Shown: positions 17,172 to 25,981 of the stretch, one piece after another
Position numbering within the stretch: the first letter of the stretch is position 1
Layout of the letters: each line of letters begins with the position of its first letter
Source: a virus
Lineage: Duplodnaviria > Caudoviricetes
Virus record (IMG/VR): IMGVR_UViG_3300005805_000116
Coordinates: 1 to 53,239 of that record
Reading direction: 5' to 3' (one strand)
DNA: 53,239 nt
Notes under the pieces: model-generated
The model's input: the letters and a program-made list of their open reading frames with translations, nothing else
The model's database searches: none
Told to the model about the DNA's origin: nothing
Made by a program: the position numbers and the translations under genes

Positions 17172-17519
17172 TTAGTGAATTGTCTCATCACTCCACTCAG
17201 CAAACGTGGGCTCACCTGAACTAATAGAACTCAAAAATGACTTGGCATCGTCCTTAACCATATTTGACAATGCGCGAATTTTTGCAGCAACTCGATGAAA
17301 CTCAATAAAATTACCATCGGCAAAATGCTTATCAAGCTCGTCAATATACTCCCTCTGTTTGTCTATCGCAGGAAAATACGATTCAAGTCTGGTGCTATAC
17401 TCATGGCCGGCTCCATACTTCAGTAAAAACTGATCATATGCCTGAACAACCGAATACTCAAGCTCTGTTACTGTGCGCGAAAGAAGGGTGATGATTGTTT
17501 GAAAATCTTCTGGATTCAT
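17172..17519 (-). CDS. Hypothetical protein
   Basis: 115-aa helical ORF in operon. Confidence 0.6.
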   Translation of the reverse strand: MNPEDFQTIITLLSRTVTELEYSVVQAYDQFLLKYGAGHEYSTRLESYFPAIDKQREYIDELDKHFADGNFIEFHRVAAKIRALSNMVKDDAKSFLSSISSGEPTFAEWSDETIH

Positions 17520-17845
17520 TATTGCACCATATCGTTACTTTTACCAAAAATGACTGTTGTACAATCTGCTTTAATCGTGAGGCCCTTTTCTACTATTGTG
17601 CAAAGAAAAATTCCCGCATCAAATGTTCTTTGCTTTAGTACGCTTATCTTATCTTCATCTACAACATTCAGTGTTGCTTCGATTTGATCGTTGATCATGA
17701 CAACAATATTTCCTGGCTCGTCGCTGATGAATTTTGTAATTGCACCGTAGATTGGATACAACTGACCAACCTCAACATCACGATACTCTAGTGAGAGACC
17801 CAAATCTGTGAATAGATCTTTTTCGTTTTGTGTTTTATCGTCCAT
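17519..17845 (-). CDS. Hypothetical protein
   Basis: ORF preceded by AATAAATA (17851-17858) 5 nt before ATG 17845 and by TGcTATACT at 17872-17880. Confidence 0.6.
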   Translation of the reverse strand: MDDKTQNEKDLFTDLGLSLEYRDVEVGQLYPIYGAITKFISDEPGNIVVMINDQIEATLNVVDEDKISVLKQRTFDAGIFLCTIVEKGLTIKADCTTVIFGKSNDMVQ

Positions 17846-17903
17846 AACCATATTTATTCTGTTGTCTGATTAGTATAGCAGGCTGCTTACCAAAAACAAC
17901 AAA

Positions 17904-18260
17904 TTAACGTCGAGCTATGGCAAACTTCTTTCGCCTAAAAACGATTGGCTCTTTTAATCCGGCCACGTTGCCTCCAGAAATGGAATTGGCTGGAACTTCT
18001 TCTTCAACAGCTTTGAGTTTTGTGTAGTAGTCTGGCTTTTCTTTGAGATGTGCGAGTACGATTTTGGCAAGATCTTTCTTAGAATCAACCACATCCAATT
18101 TACCACCATCGTCGTGCTCAGATTCAACGGAGAGACCTTTTATGAACTCATCAATATCAACTTTGTTCCAATCAACATCCAAAGAGTCACCAAGAGACTT
18201 TGCATCATCTTTGCTAAATGTCTTCTGTGCTTCTGCTATGAATGTTCTAAACGAAATCAT
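17904..18260 (-). CDS. DUF5661-like protein with capsid-targeting-like N-terminus
   Basis: MISFRTFIAE; G..VE.EH...KIVLAHLKEKPDYYTKL; C-terminal EEVPANSISGGNVAGL. Confidence 0.65.
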   Translation of the reverse strand: MISFRTFIAEAQKTFSKDDAKSLGDSLDVDWNKVDIDEFIKGLSVESEHDDGGKLDVVDSKKDLAKIVLAHLKEKPDYYTKLKAVEEEVPANSISGGNVAGLKEPIVFRRKKFAIARR

Positions 18261-18673
18261 ATCTTTCTCAGTGCTGTAATGATGCCCTGATCTAATGGAA
18301 TGTTGGTGCTGATTATGGGGTCTTCTCCAACACCCGTTAATACTTCTGGCATGTAACTAAGAAACACCAAGAACGTTTTGAGTTGTGGCCAAAACTGCTC
18401 TTCTATCTTAAAGAAAAGCATTTTGGTTGCTTGTGTGCCAAATGAGTTGTAAAGAATAATCAAGTGATTGAGTATCAATCTCTCTTTCAATTCACCCGAA
18501 GAAACATATCTGCTGAACAGTCTCTTGATGTACTTGATCCGCTTTATGTCATCATTGAACTCATCAATGTTTAAGCATTGAGGGTTCTGATAATGCTTCA
18601 TCGCAAACATTATGAAGTTTTGCTCGGTTATCCGTAGCTGCATATTTTCATAAGGCGCATCAAGCATAATCAA
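18257..18673 (-). CDS. Conserved T4-like phage hypothetical protein
   Basis: FAMKHYQNPQC, RIKYIKRL, LKERLILNHLIILYN. Confidence 0.7.
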   Translation of the reverse strand: MIMLDAPYENMQLRITEQNFIMFAMKHYQNPQCLNIDEFNDDIKRIKYIKRLFSRYVSSGELKERLILNHLIILYNSFGTQATKMLFFKIEEQFWPQLKTFLVFLSYMPEVLTGVGEDPIISTNIPLDQGIITALRKI

Positions 18674-18685
18674 AAAGTGCGTTGC

Positions 18686-18991
18686 TTAATCGCCGCCGAC
18701 TCCCAAATCAGTCTCAACCGTGTCGCTACCAGCAGCATCTCCTGATTCTGATACTGGAGCGTCTGCAAGAGAAATCAAAAGCTCAGCCTTGACTCTATCA
18801 CCAGACTTTTGTATCAGATACCAGCCAGGACCTGTGATACCCTTCTTCTTGTTATCTGCGTTAGATGCTTCAGCATTGTCGATCAAAACCAGCTTCTTGC
18901 CAGACTTGTCCTGAGCAAGTGTGCCATCCGGATTCAACTTAACAAACTTAGGCTTGTCGGCAGTCGCGTCTTTCTTTCCCCAAAGTGCCAT
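18686..18991 (-). CDS. Hypothetical, probably late/virion-associated protein
   Basis: MALWG..D start, GITGPGW and RVKAELL motifs; late promoter CATAAATA at 19020-19027; AGGAG RBS. Confidence 0.6.
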   Translation of the reverse strand: MALWGKKDATADKPKFVKLNPDGTLAQDKSGKKLVLIDNAEASNADNKKKGITGPGWYLIQKSGDRVKAELLISLADAPVSESGDAAGSDTVETDLGVGGD

Positions 18992-19022
18992 ATTAGACTC
19001 CTATTAGTAAGTGTGTTTGTAT

Positions 19023-19592
19023 TTATGTATATCCAAGTCTTTTCAATTTGTTTATCACCGCAGGGCCAGATGTGGCCTGAACTGCTATGCCTCCGGCGGA
19101 GTCATACTCAGAGCAATTCTTGTCATAGTCATCGATGAGAACAGTCGGACGACCATTCACAACGGCATAGTTTTTCTTCTCAGATCGAAGAACTAGATGT
19201 ATTGAAGATAGGTTACTATTTCCCAAATTCTTGGAAAGCCAACGCTTCTTGCCTTCTTTACACACATCTCCAGCAAGAGAACCACATGCACTTAGTATAT
19301 GTGGTTTGTACTTCTTGACGAAATTCCATATTGCTTTGCCATCTGGCATCCAAGGTAAATTCTCCCAAAAGTTGGGTGTGTTGTTAAGGATGTCCCACTT
19401 AATTTTGTCTGCTTCTGACTCAGAGTATTTGTTCCAATGATCTGCGTGCCACTCTGGATGTCCGGCTGCTGCAAGAGCTTTGTTCGCACCTTCCATCCAA
19501 TTAACTATCGTTTCGTCCATGTCAAGATAGATGTCGGGTAACTTTGTTGCGACAGCTACATCTTCTTGAATGTAGTCACGAAACGATTTCAT
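19023..19592 (-). CDS. HAD-family 5'(3')-deoxyribonucleotidase-like phosphatase with capsid-targeting-like N-terminus
   Basis: IYLDMDETI, FWENLPWMPDG, GKKRW, LIDD; N-terminus MKSFRDYIQE. Confidence 0.8.
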   Translation of the reverse strand: MKSFRDYIQEDVAVATKLPDIYLDMDETIVNWMEGANKALAAAGHPEWHADHWNKYSESEADKIKWDILNNTPNFWENLPWMPDGKAIWNFVKKYKPHILSACGSLAGDVCKEGKKRWLSKNLGNSNLSSIHLVLRSEKKNYAVVNGRPTVLIDDYDKNCSEYDSAGGIAVQATSGPAVINKLKRLGYT

Positions 19593-19595
19593 ACA

Positions 19596-20303
19596 TTAAG
19601 CATCGACAGTAGAAGACGCATGAACTAGAGCAGCATCGACAGCTTCATTAAACTCCGGAAGTCCCTGAACAAGAGTTCTAAGATCCGCAACAGACACGGC
19701 ACCAGGCAAACTGACTGGAGGATAGATTCGAGTTCCTTCGTTTGTTGCATACTGAAGAAGAAGTCTATACTGAGTAACACCAGTGTAAGGATCTGTATCG
19801 TGAATTACGTCAGCGTGTTTAGGAGTTGCGACAAGTGTGTTTGCTACACCTACAGCACCGTTGGTTGCGATCTCATTTGCACCGAGGGCGACACTCTCTT
19901 TCATAGCAGCCTTTATTGCTTTATCTTTTGCTCCAAGATACTCTTGGGAGCTCGTCTCGACTTCGCCATCTCCGTCGTGATCTTTGTCTGCCTTTTCATC
20001 TTCATCAAGCTCTTTCTTCTTTTCACTAGACTCATCACCATCCTTGTGATAAACGGAATCACCTGGCATGTCGTCTTCTTCTACTTCACCACAGTGACAA
20101 TCAGACTCAGAAAGTCTGAGCTGTGTCCATGCGTGAAATGCTTTCTGATCAGATTCGGAGAGATCAGACACACTCTTGACACCGAAGTGCTTAAGTCCTT
20201 CAGCAACAACTTTCTCCACTAGCTTATTGTGATTCTCGGAACTCTGTGTGAACACTTCAACAACTGAGTTGATCAATGATTGCGACAAGTCTTTGATTGG
20301 CAT
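19596..20303 (-). CDS. Acidic hypothetical protein, probably head core/internal protein
   Basis: DKDHDGDGEVETSSQEYLGAKDKAIK motif; several (L/M)xE sites. Confidence 0.5.
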   Translation of the reverse strand: MPIKDLSQSLINSVVEVFTQSSENHNKLVEKVVAEGLKHFGVKSVSDLSESDQKAFHAWTQLRLSESDCHCGEVEEDDMPGDSVYHKDGDESSEKKKELDEDEKADKDHDGDGEVETSSQEYLGAKDKAIKAAMKESVALGANEIATNGAVGVANTLVATPKHADVIHDTDPYTGVTQYRLLLQYATNEGTRIYPPVSLPGAVSVADLRTLVQGLPEFNEAVDAALVHASSTVDA

Positions 20304-20310
20304 AACATTC

Positions 20311-21189
20311 CTAGTTAAAAAAATCCTTGAAACTGAGTAGCTTTCTCGTTGAGACAATCTCGAAAAAGGTTCTTTCCTCTTCTGTATTTAGCTTATCAAG
20401 ATCGAATTCTGTCTCACACCAAATAGGACGATAGTGTAATGTGAACTCTTTTGGCACTAGAACGATTTGTCCAGTTGTTCTCATAGAGTTGCGCTCAGGA
20501 TCTACACGCAGAGGGTTTAATTGTGGATTCTCATCTGAAGTATCGGACATGGCATCAAGAAATTGATCGAAGTCCTTTGCTCTTTTCAGTGCTTCTACCA
20601 CCTTCTCATATCTCTTCTCTGAAGAATCTCTTTTTGGAACTTGCTCTGGTATCTCCCTGCTGTAGCCTGTCCAAGGAAGATAGATTCCATGGTTCGTTCT
20701 AACAGCAATCTTCTCTTTAGGTATCTCAACTATCTTGTAAACGTACTCATCATTCTCAACAAATGCACCCTCAAGAAGAAAGCAGCGATCTTTGTCTGCG
20801 ATGATAGTGTTGCCTGGAATCTCAAGCTCGATCAATTTTCTTGCAGCTTCGGCTGCCGTTCTTTCAAACAACGCAGTTCGTATTCGTAGACCGTCAGGTG
20901 CGTAGTATGTTCTATTTTTAATCTTAGCTTTTTTGTCGAGCTTGCCTTTGTTGACTGCGGCAGCTCCTTCAGCTTCATCTTCTTTGACTGTAACGCTGGC
21001 ACTTACTATGGCAACGCCAAACTCGTTAATTCCTTCTGTGTACTTCGTGCGCTCGTCCCAAATATACAAACGCTCTGTATTCTGTCTGAACGATTTGCGA
21101 ATGAGAATGGTAGGCTTGTAATTGCGATCTCTGTTCTTTGCAATTACCCAACCAATGTCTTCAAAATACTTACAAGCAACAACGCACAT
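20311..21189 (-). CDS. N-terminal nucleophile (Ntn) cysteine hydrolase (C45/NRDE-like)
   Basis: Met-Cys start, AKNRDR, EGINEFG, VRTNHG. Confidence 0.72.
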   Translation of the reverse strand: MCVVACKYFEDIGWVIAKNRDRNYKPTILIRKSFRQNTERLYIWDERTKYTEGINEFGVAIVSASVTVKEDEAEGAAAVNKGKLDKKAKIKNRTYYAPDGLRIRTALFERTAAEAARKLIELEIPGNTIIADKDRCFLLEGAFVENDEYVYKIVEIPKEKIAVRTNHGIYLPWTGYSREIPEQVPKRDSSEKRYEKVVEALKRAKDFDQFLDAMSDTSDENPQLNPLRVDPERNSMRTTGQIVLVPKEFTLHYRPIWCETEFDLDKLNTEEERTFFEIVSTRKLLSFKDFFN

Positions 21190-21374
21190 TAGCTCTTCTT
21201 CTTATAGTCTGTCTGATAGAACCCAGTACCTTTAAACTGTGGTGTTCCAGTAACAGATATAAGACGGTCTACTTTAGCTTTGCAAGTAGGACACTTCTTC
21301 AATGGCTCATCACTGATTTTTTGACGAACCTCAATCGTACCACAATTTTTACACGCATACTCGTATAAAGGCAT
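21189..21374 (-). CDS. FmdB-family zinc-ribbon protein
   Basis: MPLYEYACKNCG...CPTC...FKGTGFYQTDY. Confidence 0.88.
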   Translation of the reverse strand: MPLYEYACKNCGTIEVRQKISDEPLKKCPTCKAKVDRLISVTGTPQFKGTGFYQTDYKKKS

Positions 21375-21398
21375 ACAAGTAGTATTTAGTGTAAAGAA

Positions 21399-21701
21399 TT
21401 ACTGTGTTACTGTAGTGTCGGCAGACTCAGCAGTTACCTCGGTGCTATCTGTAGTTGTAGTTCCAAGGTTTGCTTTTCCGATTAGAGAGTTTGCTACAAC
21501 AGCGATTGTGTCAAGAGCCTGTGACCACTGATTGGTCAAGAACCCAGGAACACGATCAAAGTTTGAGAAGAACTGATGTGCGGCTCGGAGGGCATTGATC
21601 TCCTGCTCTGTCGTGAGCGAAGGTGTCGTAGTAACTTCTGGAGCGGAAGTGGCTTCAGTAGTCGTCTCAGTTGCAGTGGATTCAGTCGTCTTTGTTGTCA
21701 T
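21399..21701 (-). CDS. Thr/Glu-rich hypothetical protein
   Basis: Low-complexity termini; late promoter AATAAATA at 21755-21762; GGAG RBS. Confidence 0.6.
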   Translation of the reverse strand: MTTKTTESTATETTTEATSAPEVTTTPSLTTEQEINALRAAHQFFSNFDRVPGFLTNQWSQALDTIAVVANSLIGKANLGTTTTDSTEVTAESADTTVTQ

Positions 21702-21757
21702 GATATTACTCCAAAATAAAATTAAGTGTACAAAGTTTCGTCACACAACGCAAGTAT

Positions 21758-22744
21758 TTATTGTCCAGGTGTTGCAGCTTTGTAAGTTTTTACGAGAACT
21801 AGAGTACCATCTTCCAAATACTCAGGCACATACTCAACATCTGAATCTTCTTCTGTAGATTCTTGCTGCTTTGCGTTCTTCTCGGCGTCTTTTTGGATCT
21901 GCTTTTGCTTTCTCTCGTTTTCTTTCTGTCTGAAGTCTGCTTCTCTCGCCTTTTCCAGTTCTCTATCGTGGCGGGCTTTGATCTCGTCATTCTCTCTATC
22001 TTGTTTATCTCTAGTCTTATCTACGGTCGAGGGCGGTTTGCTTCCCGATGACGGCTCTTCTGATATGAATGTTTTGAATGATTTCATGATTGTATTTATA
22101 GAAGGTGTTGTGATGATAGGTTTCTGCACAGATTCGACAGACTCTTTAATTCCAAGATTTTTTCTAACCAAATTGAATAACTCTTTGGCGTACTTTTGAC
22201 TTAGGCCAGATGGCACGCCCGTCTTAAATGTGTTGAAGTCTTTATTCTGGGCCGCTTCGCGCATCTTAGTTCCGCTAATTCCTGCTACACCCTCATCATC
22301 AGGATCTCTATCTCCGGCACTTACTGCATCAAAAGAATCGAGATCAAAACTCTTTTCAGGATCGGGATGATTTACATAAGTGAGAAAAGTTTTCTTCATC
22401 TCGTTTACTCTGTCCGAGCCAGCAACAAGAATGACATCAGTATAACCTTTGTCTTTAATGTATCCCAATGCATCAAACGGTGTTCGTATTGAAGTATTAT
22501 ATACAATACAAGAGGCGGCTTCAGGCACACCGAGCTTAAGATATTTGACTTTATCTTTTGCACTCAATGGATTCTTCTTTGTGTCTTGAGTATGAGACAC
22601 GAAGACAAAAGGTGTTGCGCCATTCTTAGAAGCAACATCAACAACTTTCTTGATTAGCTTCTCGTGGCCAGTGGTAGGTGGATTCATCCTACCGAAGGCA
22701 AAAACTGCCGTCTTTTTACCTCTGACCTCATTCAAAGATTTCAT
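21758..22744 (-). CDS. HIGH-family nucleotidyltransferase (cytidylyltransferase/NMNAT-like) with charged C-terminal extension
   Basis: FGRMNPPTTGHEKL, KNPL, VAGSDR, SAGDRDPD, ISGTKMR. Confidence 0.82.
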   Translation of the reverse strand: MKSLNEVRGKKTAVFAFGRMNPPTTGHEKLIKKVVDVASKNGATPFVFVSHTQDTKKNPLSAKDKVKYLKLGVPEAASCIVYNTSIRTPFDALGYIKDKGYTDVILVAGSDRVNEMKKTFLTYVNHPDPEKSFDLDSFDAVSAGDRDPDDEGVAGISGTKMREAAQNKDFNTFKTGVPSGLSQKYAKELFNLVRKNLGIKESVESVQKPIITTPSINTIMKSFKTFISEEPSSGSKPPSTVDKTRDKQDRENDEIKARHDRELEKAREADFRQKENERKQKQIQKDAEKNAKQQESTEEDSDVEYVPEYLEDGTLVLVKTYKAATPGQ

Positions 22745-22745
22745 A

Positions 22746-23012
22746 CTAATTTGTGTGCGCTACTTTTGAGGCGAACACTGTATCTCCAGGAGTTCCTGCA
22801 GGAACACTGAGCTTATGCTCTGCCGATTTTTGAAGGATGACGGACTCTAGAGGAACTAAAGTTAAACTACCAACAGTAGTATTTGATGAATCTACTATAG
22901 ACAACTCAACGGACGATGCTCCAGTATTAACAATCCGGACCGCTGTTGCTTTATCAACAGTTGTAGATTCGTCAGATAGATCTGCTTGCAATCCTAAAAC
23001 TTTTACTGTCAT
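22746..23012 (-). CDS. Hypothetical beta-rich protein
   Basis: 88-aa ORF with AGGAG RBS. Confidence 0.6.
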   Translation of the reverse strand: MTVKVLGLQADLSDESTTVDKATAVRIVNTGASSVELSIVDSSNTTVGSLTLVPLESVILQKSAEHKLSVPAGTPGDTVFASKVAHTN

Positions 23013-23026
23013 ACTATTCTCCTTTG

Positions 23027-24307
23027 CTATACATCCTTATCTTTGTCATTTATACGAGACTCAACAACTCGAACCTTGTTGTCTTTTTTATTCCAAACAA
23101 ATCTATCTGCGGACGCGGTCGAGGAGGCTTCTATTGTGCCACTTTCCACATCTATAACATATGTGAATTTGGAATTTGCTGAGGAGCCTGTAAATACTGG
23201 GCGACCTGATGCCGATTTGTCTGGAACAAAATTACTAACTTTTTCGGGTGCGCCAGTTGTTCTGATAAACTTATTAAACAGCTTTGCTGCTTGAGACACA
23301 TCTACAGCCTCGTTTACAGATCTAAGTCTATAGTAAACCGACTCTGTATCTTTGGGGTTAGATCCCCATTGAATTTTGACATCGATTACACCATCAGGCT
23401 TTGTCTTGATGTCGAACTTTCTGTAGCCATAAGGAATCAAGTATTGCTTAATTGCATCTTCTGGATTGTGTCCTCGCAGATTGACAACGCCACCAACCAG
23501 CTTCTTTGTTCTAGGACCATCTAGTATGTCAAATGAGTGAAATATCTCAGCAGGGCTTTCTGTCAACTTTGACACAGGCTTGTTGCTCCACATTTTGCAG
23601 GACCAATATCGTGCTTTCCATTTAGGTCCTGGATCATCACAGTTATGTCTTGCTCTAAAATTAGATCTCTTGCTGTCGCTGTCTCTCTTGATCTCCATGT
23701 CTGGGTCACCAAAAGTGACTTTGACTACGTTACCCTTATCATTCTTAACATAGACAGCAAACTTCTTCGGACCGTCTGGTGTTCTGAACGGCTTGTTGAG
23801 AGTTACCTTTTTACCCTCATGCTCTGCGTCTTCTTGTATATCATCTTCACCCTCTTTCATGCAAGATCCCTTTTCGTATGGCTTCTTGCCTGGAGTTGGC
23901 TTGTAACCATCCCAACAACGCTCGTTGACTATAGCAACACCACGAGGTCGTTTCAAGTCAGGCATTCCTATAAACGAATCAGACACCATGAAGAGGTTCA
24001 CATACGCATCTCTATCATCAGATTCGATGGAAGAATCTTCTAGCTTAATAATCGTCTTGAGAGAAGAGACTATCTGCGATGCGAGCTTCTTTGCTAGACT
24101 TCTATTTTTAGTTCCGTGGTCGCCTGGCTTAGCAATCTCACCTCTAGTGACAGGGCCAATAACATCAAAAGATAGTGACAACAAGTTGCTATCATGCTTA
24201 ACTCGTATCTGATTGGGAAAATTATTGTCTAGGATAGAAACAATCTTTCGTGCTACATCTTCTGGAGTCACAGACGACTCTTTCAAAAATTCATTGAACT
24301 TCTTCAT
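23027..24307 (-). CDS. Multi-module putative internal virion protein containing a DUF6321-like domain
   Basis: MKKFNEFLKE start; CWDGY...GSC module; LNKPFR..KKFAVYV..FGDP..FRARHNC..ARYWSC module. Confidence 0.62.
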   Translation of the reverse strand: MKKFNEFLKESSVTPEDVARKIVSILDNNFPNQIRVKHDSNLLSLSFDVIGPVTRGEIAKPGDHGTKNRSLAKKLASQIVSSLKTIIKLEDSSIESDDRDAYVNLFMVSDSFIGMPDLKRPRGVAIVNERCWDGYKPTPGKKPYEKGSCMKEGEDDIQEDAEHEGKKVTLNKPFRTPDGPKKFAVYVKNDKGNVVKVTFGDPDMEIKRDSDSKRSNFRARHNCDDPGPKWKARYWSCKMWSNKPVSKLTESPAEIFHSFDILDGPRTKKLVGGVVNLRGHNPEDAIKQYLIPYGYRKFDIKTKPDGVIDVKIQWGSNPKDTESVYYRLRSVNEAVDVSQAAKLFNKFIRTTGAPEKVSNFVPDKSASGRPVFTGSSANSKFTYVIDVESGTIEASSTASADRFVWNKKDNKVRVVESRINDKDKDV

Positions 24308-24651
24308 CTCTTTCCCCCATCATATTGAACAGCATGACCCTCGGAGATGAGGAGCTTGTTGATGTTAATGTTGTCCTTATCGTGAATAATTGCCAAAAAT
24401 CTACCATACTTCTCAGTGACATCTTTAACAGTTTCAACAAACACAATCTTACCTTCTATCAACTCTTTAAGTCTGGCTTTTGCGGCGAGCCCCTTGGCTT
24501 TCTCTTCTTTGTTTCTAGTTCTAGTTTCAGGAGTATTTATTCCGTGCAGTCTTATACGAATTTTATGTGAGATGTCAAATCCTAAGTCAATCTCTGCGTC
24601 TATCGTGTCGCCATCTATCACTTCCAAAACTCTTGCGTAGTATTGAAACAT
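24304..24651 (-). CDS. Thermonuclease (SNase-like)
   Basis: VIDGDTID, IRLHGINTPE, KYGRFLA, LISEGHA. Confidence 0.9.
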   Translation of the reverse strand: MFQYYARVLEVIDGDTIDAEIDLGFDISHKIRIRLHGINTPETRTRNKEEKAKGLAAKARLKELIEGKIVFVETVKDVTEKYGRFLAIIHDKDNININKLLISEGHAVQYDGGKR

Positions 24652-24653
24652 AA

Positions 24654-25865
24654 CTACCAGTCTTTGTCTGATGTGAAATTTGCTCTACTGAACTCAAGTC
24701 TGTCAACGAGCTTGTACGCTTTTCCAATCTTGTCGATAGCAACGAAACCTTCTGGTGAAGTGACTTTATATCCATCGGGAGTTTCAAGAAAAGTGCCTAT
24801 CGAATTTACTCGCCTGAGCTTGTTGATGAAGATGCCCTTCACATCTTCTATAAGAGCTGCCACAAGAAACATAGACACAAGGTCTTTTTGATTGCTCTTT
24901 ATGAATCGAAGAGTTTGTTTCAGTTGCTCTTCTTTGCCGGTTTTGCCCCTATCAGTCTTCAGAGTTTCAATCTCATCAGAAAATTTCTGTTGTATGAAAT
25001 CTACAAGACCGGTGGCATACTTTTTAGTACCAGCGATTCTTTCGCCCGCTCTAACTTTAGAATTTACATACTCTTTGATAAACGCTTTCAACTTTTTGTC
25101 AGACACTATTGACGCAACTGCGCTTGCATTTAGATCTTTGATTAGAGAGTTTAGATCAGCAAGTCTTTCTGAGACGTAGTTCGTTTCGTCTTTGGTGAGT
25201 GTTGCGGCACCAGAGGCATCTCTAAAGTATGCATCTTGCACCCACACTTTGTTGCTTTTAAGACCAGACACATCAGCACCAAATGACGCTTTCATGTCTT
25301 GAATTTTTTTACCACTGTATGTTGTGTGAAAAACAATTCCAAGGTTTGCGCTTAGTATGTCTGCTGCAAGGGCGCTGTTTGCTGGCACTGCATATCTAAT
25401 TGTGTTTGCCTTGAATGATACATATTCTTCGCCGTTGTATTCCATTGACTCAACGGAGCCTTTGATGAACAAAAGATCGCCTTGAATAACGCCTCTGATT
25501 CCTATGTTCTTCAGATTCGCAAGGCACACTTTTAGTTTTTGTGCGAGGGCACCTTCGTAGTTTTTGTCGATGTCTCTATCTGTATAGTTCAACTTTGGTT
25601 CTTTGTTGAACGCAGACTTTGTGCCGACGAAGAATTTACCATTTTCTGGATTGATTCCACAAACTACTGCGGGGGCGCCATCCCATTTTACTGTTACGTT
25701 CACAGAAGACTTTGAAGATCCTGACAACATACTCTTCAGTCCGCGTAGAAACGCAAGGGCAGACTTTGCGCCAGGGACGCCTGCATTAAACACATCATCT
25801 TCAAGATGCTCAAGATGTGTATTTTTGTTGGCAGACTCTTTAAGGTACTGTCTAAACGTTTTCAT
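24654..25865 (-). CDS. Conserved T4-like phage protein (DUF6267-like; ligase-like KxDG motif)
   Basis: KNTHLEHLED, TVKWDGAPA, FFVGTKS, IQGDLLF, PEGFV, KLVDRLEFS; N-terminus MKTFRQYLKE; late promoter at 25891-25898. Confidence 0.72.
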   Translation of the reverse strand: MKTFRQYLKESANKNTHLEHLEDDVFNAGVPGAKSALAFLRGLKSMLSGSSKSSVNVTVKWDGAPAVVCGINPENGKFFVGTKSAFNKEPKLNYTDRDIDKNYEGALAQKLKVCLANLKNIGIRGVIQGDLLFIKGSVESMEYNGEEYVSFKANTIRYAVPANSALAADILSANLGIVFHTTYSGKKIQDMKASFGADVSGLKSNKVWVQDAYFRDASGAATLTKDETNYVSERLADLNSLIKDLNASAVASIVSDKKLKAFIKEYVNSKVRAGERIAGTKKYATGLVDFIQQKFSDEIETLKTDRGKTGKEEQLKQTLRFIKSNQKDLVSMFLVAALIEDVKGIFINKLRRVNSIGTFLETPDGYKVTSPEGFVAIDKIGKAYKLVDRLEFSRANFTSDKDW

Positions 25866-25981
25866 TGGTCATAGTGTAACACAGACCAAGTATTTATTAG
25901 TATAGATTCGCTATCAAATTCAGAACGATGGCAAAAAGGAACGCGAATAAAATGTATGTGATGTGCTCTCTTTTAGTTGGC

